DNA of 63,268 nucleotides, filler included, from Basidiobolus ranarum (Eukaryota): NCBI GenBank assembly GCA_040143965.1. It is 10 parts of 10 records of this genome, joined end to end, with 100 filler letters (N's around TTAATTAATTAA, not from the genome) between each part and the next. Parts side by side here need not be neighbours in the genome. Positions count along the whole stretch, not along the records: positions 19,043 to 25,285 come from JASJQH010001367.1; positions 25,386 to 31,624 come from JASJQH010001368.1; positions 31,725 to 37,960 come from JASJQH010001369.1; 7 more parts are not named here. One strand, 5' to 3'. Shown piece by piece: positions 24,947 to 38,060 of this stretch (position 1 is its first letter; each line of letters starts with the position of its first letter). The notes under the pieces were generated by a model. It saw only the letters and a program-made list of their open reading frames with translations, ran no database searches and was not told where the DNA came from. The position numbers and the translations under genes were made by a program.

Positions 24947-25217
24947 ATCAAAAACTGGTCAATCCTTATTTGCCTAACCTTTTTACTTCTTCAAGTGATA
25001 CTAGTCATTGCTAACTATCAAGATATCAGTTATATTAACAGACGTCAAAAGAGAGTGAAAGCTTCACCGTCAGGCAACGGAGATCTTCTAAAAATGCTCA
25101 CTTTAGTCAACCAGCAGCGCCAACAAAATGGAACTCAACCATTTACACTCGACAATCGTTTGGTACAAGCAGCTCAAAAACATACTGATTATCAAGCCCG
25201 TGTTGGCCAAATGAGTT
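24947..25217 (+). pseudogene. CAP/SCP-domain secreted protein, first exon, apparently disabled
   Basis: MLTLVNQQRQQNG...LDNRLVQAAQKHTDYQA..GQMS; the signal peptide begins at ATC rather than ATG, and the putative donor reads CTAAGT. Confidence 0.7.
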
Positions 25218-25285
25218 CTAAGTTAGATTCGAATTAAGGTTTTAAAATAAGACTTGTTGCGAAATAAATTTAGAAAGTTTTTAAT

Positions 25286-25385
25286 NNNNNNNNNNNNNNN
25301 NNNNNNNNNNNNNNNNNNNNNNNNNNNNNTTAATTAATTAANNNNNNNNNNNNNNNNNNNNNNNNNNNNNNNNNNNNNNNNNNNN
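25286..25385. other. Artificial contig linker
   Basis: N44-TTAATTAATTAA-N44. Confidence 0.99.
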
Positions 25386-26258
25386 CTAGAAATTATGTTT
25401 AGTATGGAGATTGTTTGATCTATTTGATGAAGCCTGGTACCTACCTCCAATCCAAAGAAGCTGTTCGCCAAGATCACCCCTTTATCCATGTTGTTGAAGC
25501 CAAATTCTTTACGAGGTATTCCCCCATTCCTGATCCGATCTTCATTGGCTCTCAGGGAGTACCGCCATTGTGACCAAAGATATTTTACTCGATGAAGGAC
25601 ACTTTGAAGTCGACCTAAGATTCCAGAATTTTCCTTTACCGTTGGTGCGACATCCAGAGAACAACTGACATATCCTGACTCTGTATATACTAGAGAAAAG
25701 GTAAGCATTACAAGCAATTCTGCATAAGGCTGATTTTAAGAGTATCTTACATATTGCCAACGAGGGTATCTGCACAGTAAACGGAATGCCCAAATGGTGG
25801 GCAGCGTCTATGCAACCGAAGTTATAGAAATCACACATAACCAAATCAGGCTTTTCTTGGGTGAATATTTTGACTAAGGGTGAGTAGGATGTACTATAGG
25901 AAATTTTCCACATCTTATCGACTACTTCAAGGATTTCCATATGGCTTCGTAGGGATTTCTCCTTGAGTCTCTCCCTTAGATCTGCTGGATTCAAACTTCC
26001 TGCGCCCATGGTAATTCTTTCAAATCCCCAAGGCTTTGCTAAATCAATGAAAGGGTCATAGCTGACAAAGGTTATTTCGTGACCTCGTTCTCTTAAAGTT
26101 GCTCCAATTTGTAACATTGGTTTTGCATGTGAGTATCCACCGTAATGCGAGGAGATGAGCACCCTCTTCTGTTGGCGCCAGGTCTCGTTCAACAAACTCT
26201 GGCTTGCTACAACCAGGGAGATTAATGCAGGTAGGATGAATAGCTTGTTTGATTTCAT
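25386..26258 (-). CDS. GT1 UDP-glycosyltransferase (UGT-type), N-terminal half, cut by contig end
   Basis: Signal peptide; GGYSHAKPML.IG..L.ERGHEIT; KPDLVMCDF; intron 25690-25750. Confidence 0.88.
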
Positions 26259-27166
26259 GCTAACTTGAACTTTTCATGGTGCACCGTTATATAGTGGAAA
26301 TTCTGATATTGAGGAAAACATCCAAATGATTAAATGCCTTATCTTCGATGTATGTATTGGATATGATTTACGTTGAATGATACCAAGTGGCCACAGATAA
26401 TCGTAGAGGGGTAGTATTATTAAGTGTTATCTCCAAAGATCTGACAATTCAGTCCTATATTGTTAAGTTTCGTAATACATAAATGAGCTTTGTATACCCA
26501 AACATACCATAGCTCTCACTAATTCTCCGTAAATTATCTCCATTCTGTAGGAGAATACAATATGTAATTGGCTGGGTTTTGTGGTACACCTCCCTTTACT
26601 CTATTCGTAAAGTTTTTGTACTGCCAACGTCATCAACTAGGGCTTAGAGAGAAACTTGTTAATTCGGAATATGAATCCTCCAGAACCTTAAGCCGGTTTT
26701 ATTTGTTGTTGAAGTATGTATATGTTGCGACATGTAATTAGCTGGACACCAGACAACTCCAGAATGGGATATGAAGAGAAAGGGGGTTGCTTTTCAAGCT
26801 GGTGATTGGTCTAGCTGCTACATGAATGATAAAATACCAATGCTGCAATTTGAACAGGTAAGGTTTATGAGGTTGAGGTTGAGAGCAAGATGCACGATGA
26901 CAAAACCAGGAATATCATTAAGCCTCAATGTAGGTAAGCTGCAGGTCGATCGATTAGCGCTGCTAACAATGTGTTCAAATCGTAGAATTCAAAACTCTTG
27001 TAAATTGAATTTGTTAACCCTCCTTGTTAGCAACGTGCTAGTAAACATGTGATGTGGGTAGAGTTAGTTGCTTAACCTTCGCCGAACCAATAAATGGTGG
27101 TTAAAACGCCAAGTTCTCAGTAAATTTTTTTCTTTCTCTTTCGTTTTGCATTCAAAATATTGCCAG

Positions 27167-28155
27167 ATGAGACTCTTGTTTACAACTTTGCTATTTTTTG
27201 CGACCATTCTTCATACATTAGCTATCTCTACTCTTCTTCAAAAGGATCGGCCTCGTAGAGTATCTAAAAAACTCAAAATTCAGCCCTCTGATGAAACACC
27301 AACTCCCATTCAAGAGCTACACTTGCCAAGCACAAATCGACGCTTAATTATCATTGGAGATGTACATGGAAGTTTGGAACCGTTTGAGAAACTGCTTGAA
27401 AAGCTAAATTACAACTCTGAATACGATCACTTAGTGCTTACAGGAGATATTATTGGTAAAGGCTCTCACTCAATTGAGACTTTACAGAAAGCTAAAGATA
27501 TTGGTGCTAGTTGTGTTAGAGGAAATCACGACAATTTGCTACTAGAATGGAAGCACTTCCTTTTTAAATTATCCAATTCAAACATTACTACCAAAGATCA
27601 GGCATTTCCCTCCGATTTCAAGCCGAAAAGTCCATATTATACATTGGCCAGGTAGTTCTAGCTAATTAGCAATATAATGGTATAAAGTACTTATACAGTG
27701 ATTCTATATCCAGGAATCTTGATGAAGAACTCTACAATTATCTCAATTCTTGCCCATACATACTGTCGGTGCCACAGCATTCACTGTATATCCTACACGC
27801 TGGAATTGATCCCTCCTTCTCTATTCACAAGCAAGATCCTAACGTAGTTATGAACGTAAAAAATATTTTGCCTGATGGCTCGCCAAGTAGAAATAATAAG
27901 TTAGGGAAGCACTGGTCAGTTCTATGGAATTTAAAACAAGAGATGTTAGGGCGCAATGCTACCACTATTGTCTATGGGCATCAAGCATCACGTGGTTTAA
28001 ATATTAAGCCCTACTCTATAGGCTTAGATACTGGATGTGTATATGGCAGGCATCTTACTTCTATGGCATTTCCGGGCAATAAACTGCTTAGTGTTAATTG
28101 CAAACGAAATACGCGAAAGTCATTGACTTTCCTGCCTGCTGTCAATGACTTCTGA
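27167..28155 (+). CDS. Calcineurin-like metallophosphoesterase, ApaH/Ppn2-like, with signal peptide or anchor
   Basis: GDVHG, GDIIGKG, RGNHD, HAG, YGH and LDTGCVYG motifs; intron 27652-27713. Confidence 0.9.
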
Positions 28156-29565
28156 GAGATGCTTTAACTTAGACCATACCCCTTCCTTCAACACAGAATA
28201 AACTAATTTCACAAGACCAACTAAGCACGAGGCTATATCCTTACCTCCATTGCTGCTTATACATTGTATTTCAGAAACCTGCTTTGAGCCTGTGAAAATG
28301 CAGCAATCCACATCGATCTTTTTCCTTTTGGGGCCACATACAACTTCATACTAGACACGACGCCATGAGTAACACTACTTGTGACTGTTGCCAGACATCA
28401 GCTCTTATACCATCAGAGACTGGTTTGCATATGATCGCGGATGTCATCTTTGTAGCTTAGCATTCCATTTCCAAAGCACCTGATTGGTCACAGAGGAAAG
28501 TGCTATCTCTTGTCAATCCTGAATTCATATGCCCTATCTCTTGGAAGATACTCGCAGGCTACATAATCAGGGGGCTGCAAAAAAGGTGAGCAGCGGGGAA
28601 GGGGGCACAGGCTGTTGAGTGGATATAATCAAAATGATGAAATCCGTGTTCTGGATGGCTTACAGAGGAGACCATACTGATTATCCATTCATCACGCATC
28701 TCATTCGCTTAGTGATCGATGCTGGTGTCACCATACGCCAAAAATGCTTCTATGAACTACAAGGTGCCTCTTGTGTTTGAGTGAATGTAGATATTGGAAT
28801 GACGAGGAATGATATCCCAGACGCTGTGGGATGCTCAACCCAATCAAAACAAGGGTTTGTTGGTTGTAGCAGGCACACAGTGGTGTGAGTTGCTGTTGTT
28901 CTCTCTAGACCATTGAACATTCATGTAAAGGTAACTGACACCGTTGATCCATATTTTCTCAGAACCATATGCATGCTTCTGCTTTGCACATCCAATCAAC
29001 CCACGGTACTCGAAACTTGCATAAATTCATTGATTGTTCCATTATGAAGTTAGCTCAGAAGTTCATTGGTAATTAGATCACTCTGTGTAGGATCGGCCTG
29101 GCAGTAAAACACACCCGTGATAAGTCGGTGAGCTCTCCTACTACTGCCTGTTCCAGGATAACTGGAACAACTTCCCAAGTGTGCTAGTCTCTGAGATTTC
29201 CAGTGTAAATATCGAATTCAGTGACTATTGCCATCTTACCAGATTTAAATCACCGTAAAATGGTGTCCACTGGACAAACTTGAATGAAACAAGTACCGTA
29301 AGACTAAGGCTGATTGGCGGTAGTGAATCAAACCATATCATGTAATCATAACCTTGATTAAGTCTTTTTTCAATTCAGTCATCAATGATCTTTTGTTTCT
29401 CTACTGTTCTGTAAGCTATATATAAATCTATCACTTCACGGAATACACTATATATCTTCTTGAAATAGCATTATAGCACGTATTTCACAATCCCTTTGTG
29501 CTTTAGTTTTAAGTTTGCATTATACCGTCTGTATTTCCCGTTACAAAGGTTACTCTTCAACCGAC

Positions 29566-30261
29566 ATGTTGGATTTGGCTTGTCGGTTTGGCAAGATGAC
29601 CTCAGCTTCTCCCTCACTGCCTTTAACGAATAGCACAAATTACCAAACTCAACAAGACTCACAACAAAGGGCAAAGACGTCGACTAAATTTCAAATAGAG
29701 GAAGAAGAAGATTGGGAGGAAGATTTTGCTTTCGGGCAAGAGTTCTCAATTCCTCAATCTCTCCAGAATGCACAAGCGTCGTTGAACAGAGACAAACAGT
29801 GTTTGCTCCAGTTTTCCAGCAAAATTCAAGACTTAAAGTCAACACTCCACCAAGTACAAACTACTTTCGACCCGCTGATGCAACCTTTGCATACTACCAA
29901 CACTTCCACTCCTCTAACCAGAGATATTCAACTATCAAAGATTTTGATCGATATGAGCGAAGACTCCTCTCGCTTACTAGAGCCCTTGCAGCTCGACACA
30001 CCACTCCGTAACCATCTTCATCGATTTTTATTCTTCTGCGACCTACCTACCTGGGAAACCCTAGCCCATAGTCCTTCTCTTGACCTTGATAACATATTTT
30101 ATGGCCACTCCTCTTTCTTGCCACCGACTAAAGATATTCCGCCGATTCCCAATATTCAGTGGATTAATCTATTGGCCTCCAAAACTGAAGTCCTACAGTC
30201 GCGCTTGGAGAAATATCTAACGGAACTGCATTGCGTCTCTCGAATGGCTTCCCATATTTAA
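29566..30261 (+). CDS. Hypothetical protein with an acidic EEEEDWEEDF motif and a predicted coiled coil
   Basis: Long intact ORF with a TATA box at ~29418; start uncertain; family not recognised. Confidence 0.6.
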   Translation: MLDLACRFGKMTSASPSLPLTNSTNYQTQQDSQQRAKTSTKFQIEEEEDWEEDFAFGQEFSIPQSLQNAQASLNRDKQCLLQFSSKIQDLKSTLHQVQTTFDPLMQPLHTTNTSTPLTRDIQLSKILIDMSEDSSRLLEPLQLDTPLRNHLHRFLFFCDLPTWETLAHSPSLDLDNIFYGHSSFLPPTKDIPPIPNIQWINLLASKTEVLQSRLEKYLTELHCVSRMASHI

Positions 30262-31024
30262 AATCATTATAGATCAGTCTGGAAACTACATATATACTTC
30301 TACGGGAATCTTCCCACCTATTTATTTGTAATTTATTTAACTTATTTCACATCGTTAACCCAATTCTTGAACCATCTAAATTTCAGTGTAAATATTTGAC
30401 GGTTCACACCACTTAAAACTTTCCGAGCAGATATTCTAAAGCCTTCTACAGACTCGAGTGTCGTGATGCTATTTTATCCGTGTAACCTTTAACCCCTTGA
30501 CCATTTTATAAAATTGATGTAGATACCTTTCTAATAGAGACCAATCCTTTCCTGCTGTATACTAACCCCACCTGTGCTTACATACCACATGCTTAAATCC
30601 TTAACGGAATTTTCCCATTGGAAGTGCTTCTTTAGTACTTACTTCATGTTGTGCGAAATAAAATGTAACCAAACCGCTATCCATACATAGAGCGTTCCTT
30701 AATTATCATGATGACCATTAAAAACAAATGAAATGAATACTAAACCACCTTGTGCTCTCTGTTTGCTACGAGCCATCGTAAATGTGTTACAAAAGGCAAT
30801 CTTCTGATGATCAGCATAATTTCCCTAAGAACTAAAGTGGAGATCGCTGCCTTTGGATCTTTCAAAGCATAGATTTGGGATATAATAAGCTGTAGTTTAT
30901 TAGTGTATACCGAATTTACAGGATTTTTGTTAGCGTAGGCTGAATAGTATGGATCGAGATTAGGGTATGGTTGCAGTGCAGTTAAATTACTTCTATCGTA
31001 CATGTGCAGGTGGCATTGCTCAGG

Positions 31025-31624
31025 CTAGGCAACTTTCACCTGCGATTGACCAGCCATGGGTATTACAGAGTTGGTTGGTGTACTCTTTTTGCCTGAGTTG
31101 TTGGGGATCTTTTTATCGGGGGTTGGTGGATTGGGCTCAATTTTAGGATTATTTATGTCCAATTCGTCTTCAAATGTAGTATTTTTGCCATCGAGGACTG
31201 CTAACTGATTAGATTTTTTGTATATGATTTTACCATCCAATTTAAACTCTATCCCATCAAGTACCCAAGAGTCTTTAAAGATTCCGAACTTCTCAAATTT
31301 GATTGCGAAGTGACGTATCTGACTAGGCTTAAACACTCCTGCTACATCAATGAAAAATGAATCTGTATCACCTCGTCCAAACGAGTGACGAAGCAACGAT
31401 TCCAAAGGATACACTCTCACATAATAGGAGCCTGGACGAAAATCACCCAATTGCAGACTTACTCGACCCCAGGTTCCTGCTCCATCAAAGTGATACCAAG
31501 GTGCAAGAGAATTTTTGCCCGTGACTATGGTGATTTGCATCAACCTTAAGTAATTAGTGCTGGTACTAGGTGGAAGCAACTCTTGCAAAAGGTTGATATA
31601 GTTGAGAATACGATGACCCTCTCC
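31025..31624 (-). CDS. PLAT/LH2-domain protein, C-terminal part
   Basis: ITIVTG...GAGTWGRVSLQLG...FGRGDTDSF...I..F.IKF...DSWVL..IE matches the PLAT consensus; open to contig end. Confidence 0.7.
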   Translation of the reverse strand, partial: GEGHRILNYINLLQELLPPSTSTNYLRLMQITIVTGKNSLAPWYHFDGAGTWGRVSLQLGDFRPGSYYVRVYPLESLLRHSFGRGDTDSFFIDVAGVFKPSQIRHFAIKFEKFGIFKDSWVLDGIEFKLDGKIIYKKSNQLAVLDGKNTTFEDELDINNPKIEPNPPTPDKKIPNNSGKKSTPTNSVIPMAGQSQVKVA

Positions 31625-31724
31625 NNNNNNNNNNNNNNNNNNNNNNNNNNNNNNNNNNNNNNNNNNNNTTAATTAATTAANNNNNNNNNNNNNNNNNNNN
31701 NNNNNNNNNNNNNNNNNNNNNNNN
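31625..31724. other. Artificial contig linker
   Basis: N44-TTAATTAATTAA-N44. Confidence 0.99.
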
Positions 31725-32120
31725 TCTCACTTCACAGTTTCATATCTTCTGTCAAGCAAAGGAGAAGTGTTTCAATATTTCAAGATATATCAAGCAATGG
31801 TCACAACCATAACAGGAAGAAAAATCAAATACCTATGCACTGATAATGGAACTGAACTTAGCAATTAAGCCATGACTAGCTTTTGTCAAGAAAAGGGAAT
31901 TCAGCAGCAATTTACTATTCTATATAGTCCAGAGCAAAATGGAGTTGCAGAAAGGATGAATAGGACTTTAGTAGAGAAAGCGCATACAATGCTGATTGAT
32001 TTGGATCTGCCTAAGACCTATTGGGGTGAAGCTTTTTCAACAGCTACATATCTCCAAAATAGAAGTTCAACATGTAGCAACCATGACTCTAAAACTCCTA
32101 TTGAAATCTGGAACAAGTAT
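31725..32120 (+). mobile_element. Ty1/Copia integrase (rve) fragment, degenerate
   Basis: KIKYLCTDNGTE, YSPEQNGVAERMNRTLVEKA..ML, LP..YWGEA..TA.YL.NR; in-frame stop. Confidence 0.92.
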
Positions 32121-32400
32121 GTCTTATTACACAAACTCCTGAATATCTCAAACAATTGATTTACTTTTCTACTATATAAGTGACTGTAAAATCTTAAGAA
32201 TAAAGTAACTAAAACACACTATCATAAGTTGCTTCTAATACCCAAAGTCTACTCCCATTATGTCAAGATCCTGCAACAGTCTCTTACAATCAATGAATGT
32301 GTATAGGAGTTTTTTAAAATAGCAGTAGTTCAATGTGCCTAAATGTTACATATTGATAGCTATTTTAGCTTCATATGTACAATGAGAATGTTCTTTTGCA

Positions 32401-32739
32401 GTAAAAGTATTTGGAAGCCTATTGGAAGTGGTTTGGAGAGTTAGAGAAATTGCTGATTTCACTTATTGATTTATTGAGCTGAAAGTTGACATGTGTACTT
32501 TTGTGAAGTTGTAAGCAAACTAATGTGCAGAATGTGCTAAGAAAGATCTCAGAAACCTGTGTGCAAAGTTTGGTGCTTTTAACACAAGCTTGAAAAATCT
32601 ATATATCCATGAACTTCTTGGGTGGTAAGAATAATGCAAGTTAATTCCAGTTGAGAATAATATCTTGATAAAACATATGGTAACTAAATACTAAGCTATA
32701 TATGACTATATAGGTGCTTATGCAATGCCAACTTCAGCA
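32401..32739 (+). mobile_element. Diverged solo-LTR family copy
   Basis: Colinear with 33038-33383 (AAAGTATTTGG.AGCCT.TTGGAAGTGGTTTGGAGA...AACTTCAGCA). Confidence 0.8.
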
Positions 32740-33037
32740 TCTTCAACCATCAATGTGCTCAAAGTGACTTCAAAACAACTTTTTCCCTTGCCATCCATAT
32801 TGTTTGCTTGATGTTGCTGAAAAATATGTGATTGCTTGATGTTTTATGAATATAATGTTGTGAGCAGAAATACAAGTTGATGAGGGATTATTCCATACCT
32901 CTTATAGCAGCAAATAGATGCATATAGATCTGTTTTTTTGAGAATAAAGGCTTAACCAACTCTGCTATTCATAAACTAAAAAAGAAGCCAGTTTACTTCT
33001 TGTGTTCTTCCATTTATGGAACCACCACTAAATATTA

Positions 33038-33383
33038 TGTTAAAGTATTTGGGAGCCTGTTGGAAGTGGTTTGGAGAATCAGGGAAATTGATGGTTTTCA
33101 CTTGTTGATTTATTGAGTACAAAGTTGACATTTATAGTTTTGTCAAGATGTAGATAAGCTAACATGTAAATGTGTTAAGGAGTGTCTCAGGAACATGTGT
33201 GCAAAGTTTGGGGCTTCTACCACAGGCTTGAAAAATCTATACATCTGAGATCTTCTAAGTTGGTAAAAATATTCTATGTAAATTCCAATTGAGAATAGTG
33301 GATAATAGCTTAGTAATTATAAGATAACTAAGTACTAAGCTATATATGACTATATAGGTGTTTAGGCTTTGTCAACTTCAACA
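33038..33383 (+). mobile_element. Solo LTR
   Basis: TGTTAAAG...CTTCAACA inverted ends; flanks TATTA/GATTA match at 4 of 5 positions (TSD). Confidence 0.85.
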
Positions 33384-34076
33384 GATTATACTAGCCAAAA
33401 GCTCTGAGGGCAATATTGAGTGGAAGTCATATTATTATCCACAACCCATTTTACTTGTAGCAAATATTCATATAGTTGTGTCATATATTTCCAGTATGAA
33501 GTTCATCTTTACTCATGAGCTTGGAGCTGATCCAGTATTTCTTTTGGAGGATTGTATTACTTTGGCTTTTTTGAAGCAATTTTTCTGCACTCTTTGTTAT
33601 CTGCTAGCCAATTAAACAGATGTATTTGAAGAATTTTTCACATGAAATGATTTGGATAGGTTATGTAGTTTTTTTGCTTGTATTCAACAACCCTCTCAAG
33701 TCTAAAAAGGTATATACTGGACTATCAAGCATGTGCAAGGCTCTCCAAAACCAGCCATTCAACTGCTTTTGGTCAAGATGGGGCTTCATACCACCATACA
33801 TTTCAATCAAAATGTATATCTTAAATACTCAAAACTTGGAGAATGTTATCACCAGCCACTTGGATAAAGAAGCAATATGGGTAACCATTATTGATCTCAC
33901 ACCCAAGGTAATAAATCCACAAGGAAAAAAGTAAGTAAATGAAGCTTAGTGGTTTGATATACCCAGTGGTATATGCATTTCAGTGTTAAAGCATGATCAA
34001 TATATGAAGAAGAAGGGTGGCAGTTGTAATGACAGTGGCACAAAGGCAGAGTCTCTTGCTTCAAAAGAGGTGTTTC

Positions 34077-34417
34077 TATTGAAGTTAGCAAAGCCTAAAC
34101 ACCTATCTAGTTATAAATAGTTTACATTTACTATTCTATATTTTACTAAGATATCACCCACAATGATCAATTGGAATCTACTTATGATATATTTCCCAAT
34201 TTTTCTAAAGATATAAATTTTTTCAAACTTGTCCTAGAAGCCCTAAGCTTGGGGCATATGTTGCTGGGACCTTGCTTAACACATTCCATATGCTTGTTTG
34301 TGTACATCTTAACAAAACTACAAAAGTCAACTTTCTACTCAATAAGTCATGAAGTGAAAACCATCAATGCTTCTCGTTCTCCAAAGTACATCATACAAAC
34401 TCCCATATTACTTAACA
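34077..34417 (-). mobile_element. Solo LTR in the opposite orientation
   Basis: T(A)TTGAAG...CTTAACA flanked by a perfect 5-bp TSD, GTTTC (34072-34076 and 34418-34422). Confidence 0.88.
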
Positions 34418-36165
34418 GTTTCAGCATGTGGAGAAGTTTGGAAGAGAAGAGTTAGAGGCCAGTGTTGGCAATATGTGTTAATTGATCCTAGATGTCGCAA
34501 TTTGCTATACTGCATGAATGAAGAAACTACTGTTGAAAACAAAAAGGTATACTGATACACCAGCAGCCTAAAAGCAATTGAAATAAAATACAGAAAATTC
34601 AGGAAGCTCAGAGAGAACTCAAAGACAGGCCATGGCATCACAGCTGAGCACTCTTTATCACATTTTAAATCTTCAATGGCCATCAAAGATGAGTTTGCCA
34701 AGTATCTTCAAGAAAAAGCCAAAGTCACTCCAGCCATGAGAGCATATTACTCAAATGCAAATCACCCTGCACGAGAAGACTAATATACCAGTGGTTTGTT
34801 GCCTTTTAGAAAAATGAAGTTCTCAAGTTTCAAAAACCAACTATAATCATAGAGGCGTCGGAATGAGAAAATTGATAGCCAAAGAAGGCTTCCAGCTATA
34901 CCTCCTTGACAACTTTAAAACTTCAAGTCTGTGCCCTACTTGCCAGAATGGTGAACTGGAAAAGTTTTAAAAAGTCCAAAATTCTAGATCATATAAATGA
35001 GAAAAGTATCCTTTGATATAGAGTATGTTTCTTTTGCCATAGTGGCATCTTTCCCAATAATTAAATAGAAAGCACATGTCAATTTGTATCTATGAGAATG
35101 ATTTATTTGCTACGAATAGAAAGATACAACAGACAACTACCAGTTCAATACTAGAGTTTACCAGTGCAATACTAGATCTTATTATACAAATAAGAAATGA
35201 AAGCCATGATCAATGAATAAATTATGGAATCTAACCTAGCCCTTGACCAGAACGAGTGAATCGTAAAATACTACAACTGGTGATTTGGTTGTAAAACTAG
35301 TGAATTTGTACTTATCAGCAGCAACCATGAAAATTAATGAGAATTTTTGGTTTTTTGGTTTCTATTTTAAAGTTTCATATTGATAATATGTTAGGGTTAG
35401 GGTTGTACTGAAAAAGCGAAACATCAAACCCATCAGGCATCTTGAAGGATACCAGGTAGGATGTATTATAATTCAGATAATGCTCTTGGTCCGCGCCATT
35501 TGCAAACTAATCATAGATGCATGGACTAGCTTATGGTAAGCGGATCTTTAAATGTAAGTAAGGAACATTAAGAAATTCATTTCCCTTTTGTTGACTTGGA
35601 ATGGCGATTATAATTTATGGGATTCAAATTATAATTTACCCACTTTCGATTTAGTGCTATGGATTAATTTAAATACTTGCCTCCCAATTTGTTATCTAAA
35701 TATGGCGTAGTCATATGGTTCTACGACGCGCACAGCGATGGCCACAATACTACAACAAAATCCTTTTTCAGTCAAATTTAGTTCCAAGTGCCTATTTGTG
35801 ATTCTAAACAAGTTAGGAACCTTGTGTACGATTTGAATCTTTAAATAAACTCTGCTCCCAAGAGGACACAACAATAGAGATGTAAGCCAATGCGGTGCGG
35901 TAACTAAAATTACAGTTCGCGAACCAACCTAAATATCATGTCTAAATTGACGGGAAATTATCACCAATTACAGTCCAATATCTGTCCAGCATAACGGTAC
36001 ATTAATTAAAATCTCCTATTCACTTTTATACATTTCACTCCAGTAACGTTGCTACCGTTTCTCGTTAATCTCTAAAAGTCACTTACCTCCTTATTGTAAA
36101 AGAGCTCTCTAATATCCTTTAGACCTAATTATTCCATACCTACACTTGGAGATTTAGCCAATAAT

Positions 36166-37960
36166 ATGTATAAAGGCTATAATGACGATAACGTTCCTCC
36201 TAATTTACAGCGTAGTTATTCTGAACACCCTTCGGAAGAGTCTTCACATCGTTCTCCTTACTCTAGCCCAACAGAAGAACGTAGTGTAAATGCTTTGTTA
36301 CGAAATCCAGGTGGTCCTTATCTACCAACCACCCCAATGGCGCCTCCTCAACACCAAGCTACATATCCACTTCCGTATCATACTCCATTCCCTGAACCAT
36401 ATCCTCAACAAGCGTATCCACAGGCGAGTTACCCCTTTCCACTCCCTCCTGAGCCTCCCATTGACCCGCGATTTACTTACCCACAAGAGTTTGCTGCGCA
36501 TGAACTGTTTCCTGTTGAGCAAAACCACTCCGAAAGTACAAAGAATCTAGAGCAAATCCCTATGGTGACTGACCCCTTGCATAGCGAGCCTTTTCATACA
36601 ATAACTGAACAAGAGGGGCCACGTATGCGAGCACCTATTCAAAATCTTTACGACCCTACTTTCTCTCCACCAAATAATGCCCGTCGTTTTCAACAGTATG
36701 TGGAGGAGCGTCGTCGTAGTTTAAAGCATATTGAATTAACCAGTGGAAATCTGGTTTTAGACTGTCCGGTACCTGATAATGTTCTATCTACGGCGATTTA
36801 TAAGGATCAACGAGAGTTCACTCATATGAGATACACTGCAGTTACCTGTGATCCAGATGATTTTCTTGCTTCCAAATACACACTACGCCAAGCCGTTTAT
36901 GGTCGTACGACTGAATTGTTCGTAGTTATGACTATGTACAATGAGGATGAAAACTTGTTCATCAAGACGTTTAGTGGGGTTATTAAGAATATTCGTCATT
37001 TGTGTACTAGAGGCCGCTCAAAAACATGGGGAAAAGAAGGTTGGACTAAAGTAGTGGTGTGCATTGTCGCTGATGGTCGTACTAAAGTCCATCCCCGAGT
37101 GCTAAAGGTACTGAGTGCTATGGGTGTCTACCAAGAGGAAATCGCTCAAAGTTCAGTCAACGGAAAAGATGTTACTGCTCACTTGTATGAATATACAACT
37201 CAGCTTTATGTCGATAAGAAGTTACAGGTGCAGCCTATAGCCACGAAGAAGTATGTTCCCACCCAGATAGTATTCTGTTTAAAAGAACAGAATAAGAAGA
37301 AGTTGAATTCGCATCGTTGGTTCTTTAATGCATTTTCTCCATTACTAAATCCAAATGTGTGTGTCCTCTTGGATGTCGGAACCAAACCAAGTGGCACTTC
37401 TATATATCATTTATGGAAAGGTGACTATCTTGCTACTAAATATACATAACACTTTCCATTTTGGTGCTAATGATTGTTATCAAATCTAGCCTTCGATCGC
37501 GACCGAAACATAGGTGGAGCTTGTGGCGAAATTTGTGTGGAGTTGGGCACTGGTTGGAAGAATTTGATTAATCCGCTTGTTGCGGCTCAAAATTTCGAGT
37601 ACAAAATGAGTAATATCTTGGATAAACCGTTGGAAAGTGTATTTGGTTACATCAGTGTGTTGCCTGGAGCGTTCTCTGCTTATCGTTACGCCGCATTAAA
37701 GAATACTTCGCCAGGTGTAGGTCCCTTAGCATCCTATTTCAAAGGAGAGACTATGCATGGGGCGGATGCAACTGGTGGCATTTTTGAAGCCAATATGTAT
37801 CTGGCTGAAGACCGAATTCTATGCTTTGAGTTGGTAGCTAAGAAAAACTGTAGTTGGGTATTGAAGTATGTAAAGGTAAGATCAATGACTCTCCACTGAA
37901 GGGACACACACTTGCTAATGATTTGTTTAGGCTGCCAAAGCAGAAACGGATGTACCTGAT
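36166..37960 (+). CDS. Chitin synthase, division I (class I/II-like), 3'-truncated
   Basis: [84 protein letters not shown]; introns 37421-37489 and 37876-37930. Confidence 0.97.
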
Positions 37961-38060
37961 NNNNNNNNNNNNNNNNNNNNNNNNNNNNNNNNNNNNNNNN
38001 NNNNTTAATTAATTAANNNNNNNNNNNNNNNNNNNNNNNNNNNNNNNNNNNNNNNNNNNN
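37961..38060. other. Artificial contig linker
   Basis: N44-TTAATTAATTAA-N44. Confidence 0.99.

Noticed and set aside
28150..29030. Possible decayed gene converging on the phosphoesterase
   Set aside because: Protein-like fragments but no recognisable motif or consistent frame
30740..31003. 87-aa ORF as a further exon of the PLAT gene
   Set aside because: The splice junction I tested does not keep the frame; no independent support
9366..35403. Short (TAACCC)2 or (TTAGGG)2 motifs at ~9366, 18146, 19213 and 35391
   Set aside because: Only about two units each, internal to contigs; too short to call telomeric
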